DNA of 64,000 bases, taken from the human T2T-CHM13v2.0 reference genome, Homo sapiens. Under the pieces are notes generated by a model, which worked only from the letters and a program-made list of their open reading frames with translations, did not search any database and had not been told where the DNA came from. A program made the position numbers and the translations under genes. The stretch lies in NCBI RefSeq assembly GCF_009914755.1, contig NC_060948.1. One strand, given 5' to 3'. Below are positions 62,228 to 64,000 of the stretch, one piece after another. Position 1 is the stretch's first letter. Each line of letters begins with the position of its first letter.

Positions 62228-62965
62228 TTCACCTGCTACAGTTTTATGCTACATTAACAATTATTATTTAGACTTACCTAATTTTTAGTTTATATTATTT
62301 ACCATCTTTTCTCTGTTAGTTATCTTCCTTATTTCTGTGTTCTTCATTTTGATTCATTGCTCAGCTCACTCAAGCACTTTGAGTAATTGTTTTTAGGAAA
62401 GGTACATGGAGGCTATGCTTCGTGTTGCTTCATGTTGGAGTGTCTGTCTGTTGCTCCCGAGTGTGAACAGTACTTTTCCTGGATATGGATTTACTGAATC
62501 ATAGTTATTTCCCTGCAAACTCTGCACATGACTGCTTGAAGCTGCATTTACATAGTACACTTTTTTTTAACAAAAAACTCTCAATTGTGTATTTACTTGG
62601 TATAGTTTCAGGGGACACCAAAACAGATTAAGGGGCTAAAGCCACCCAAGCCACTTTTTTATGGCTTCATAATCTGTCAGACTTGGTTCTGTATGGTGAC
62701 ATTGTCAAGTGAGTTCAGATTTATGACTTTTCCTTGATACCCAGAGATCCAGTAGACTGTGTGGGATCAGAGGTTCTTGTAGTAAGGGAATGGCAACTGG
62801 AGGAGAGAATTCACCTCTTTTGGACAATTGATCCTCCATCTATATCAGCCTTAACTCTCCAAGCCTGGGTGGAGGTGGTGGGTCCAGGTGGAGAGGGGAA
62901 GATTAGAAGGATTGGGGATTTCCTTTATCTCAGGGTAACCTAACGTCATTCATCAAAGGCCAATT

Positions 62966-63789
62966 TTGTTTTTTTTAACTTTCATTTTAGGTTTGGAGGT
63001 ACACGTGAGGTTTGTTACATAGGTAAACTTGTGTCAGGGAGGTTTTTTTTTTTTACATATTATTTCATCATCCAGTTATTAAGCTCAGTACCCAATTTCT
63101 TATCTTTTCTGATCCTCTCTCCTCCTACCCTCCCCACTTAAGAAGACTCCAGTGTCTATTTCCTTCTTTGTGTTCATAAGTCCTTATGATTTAGCTACCA
63201 CTGATAGGTGAGAACATTCAGTATTTGGTTTTCTGTTTCTGCACTAGGTTGCTAAGGATAAGAGCCTCCAGCTCCATCCATGTTCCCACAAAATACATGA
63301 TCTCATTCTTTTTTTATGGCTGCATAGTATTCCATGGTATATATGTACCACATTTTCTTTATCCAATCTATCATTAATGGGTACCTAGGTTGATTCCATG
63401 TCTTTGCTATTGTAAATAGTGCTGCAGTGAACATTCATATGCATGTATCTTTATAGTAGAATGATTCATATTCCTATGGGTATCTACTCAGTAATGGGAT
63501 TGCTCAGTCAAATAGTTCTGCTTTTAGCTCTTCAAGGTATTGCCATACTGCTTTTTACAGTGATTGAACTAATTTACACTCCCACCAACAAAGTATAAGT
63601 GTTCCCTTTTCTCTGCAACCTTGCCCGCATCTGTTATTTTTTGACGTTTTAGTAATAGCCATTCTGACTGGTGTGAAATGGTATCTCATTGTGGTTTTTA
63701 TTTGCATTTCTCTAATCTGTGATATTGAGCTTTTCTTCATATGCTTGTTGGCCACATGCATGTCTTCTTTTGAGAAATGTCTGTTCATG
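62966..63789 (-). mobile_element. 5'-truncated older L1PA
   Basis: ORF2 C-terminal peptide (63555-63800); TSD tcaaaggccaatt at 62953-62965 and 63790-63802. Confidence 0.9.
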
Positions 63790-64000
63790 TCAAAGGCCAA
63801 TTGTCAGTGCCCCAGTTCTGCTCAGTATCTGCCCTCTTTGTTCTCCAGTCTTAGGCACAGGCTGTGAGCATTGTCTTAGGATTCATGGCTCTTGGGGTGG
63901 AATTTGAGTCCTGTGTTGGAGGCTTCAGTATGACAGAAACTTCCTGAAGACTTCTCCTACTGAAGCCTCCTGTGTTGGAGGCTTCTCCTCCTGAAGAGCC

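Noticed and set aside
61528-63800. ORFs with L1 ORF2 C-terminal similarity
   Set aside because: Fragments of 5'-truncated L1 insertions, not functional genes
57852-64000. Expected next TPTE2 exon (SKIKKIVHSIVSSFAFG)
   Set aside because: Not found in the remaining sequence; presumably beyond the window, so no deletion is claimed

Overview
This is primate, probably human, genomic DNA dominated by Alu, L1, MaLR-LTR, Tigger and MIR/L2 repeats. The supplied ORF track is almost entirely repeat-derived noise. The genic content is the 5' part of a TPTE2/TPTE-family locus (voltage-sensing PTEN-like phosphoinositide phosphatase) on the + strand: 5'UTR exons near 25.5-28.9 kb, N-terminal coding exons at 40154-47649, and the 'MLERLSKF' exon at 57792-57851. 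The transmembrane and phosphatase exons are not in the window. Several residues differ from human TPTE2 as I recall it, so this may be a TPTE2P paralog or a non-human ortholog. The most notable structure is a ~22 kb tandem array (28.8-50.7 kb) of about 18 ancient intron+microexon units. Most carry a symmetric phase-2/phase-2 cassette exon of 51, 54 or 96 nt that is stop-free and starts with a pyrimidine, so any combination splices in frame. An upstream in-frame ATG exon (MDSLTD...) precedes the array. The array shows higher-order A-B-C periodicity, a 541-bp near-identical tract, a unit-deletion junction and a locally inverted exon. Repeat-family names and TPTE/TPTE2 protein comparisons come from recall, not from a search. 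Repeat boundaries are approximate; the boundaries of the intact exons were counted directly.
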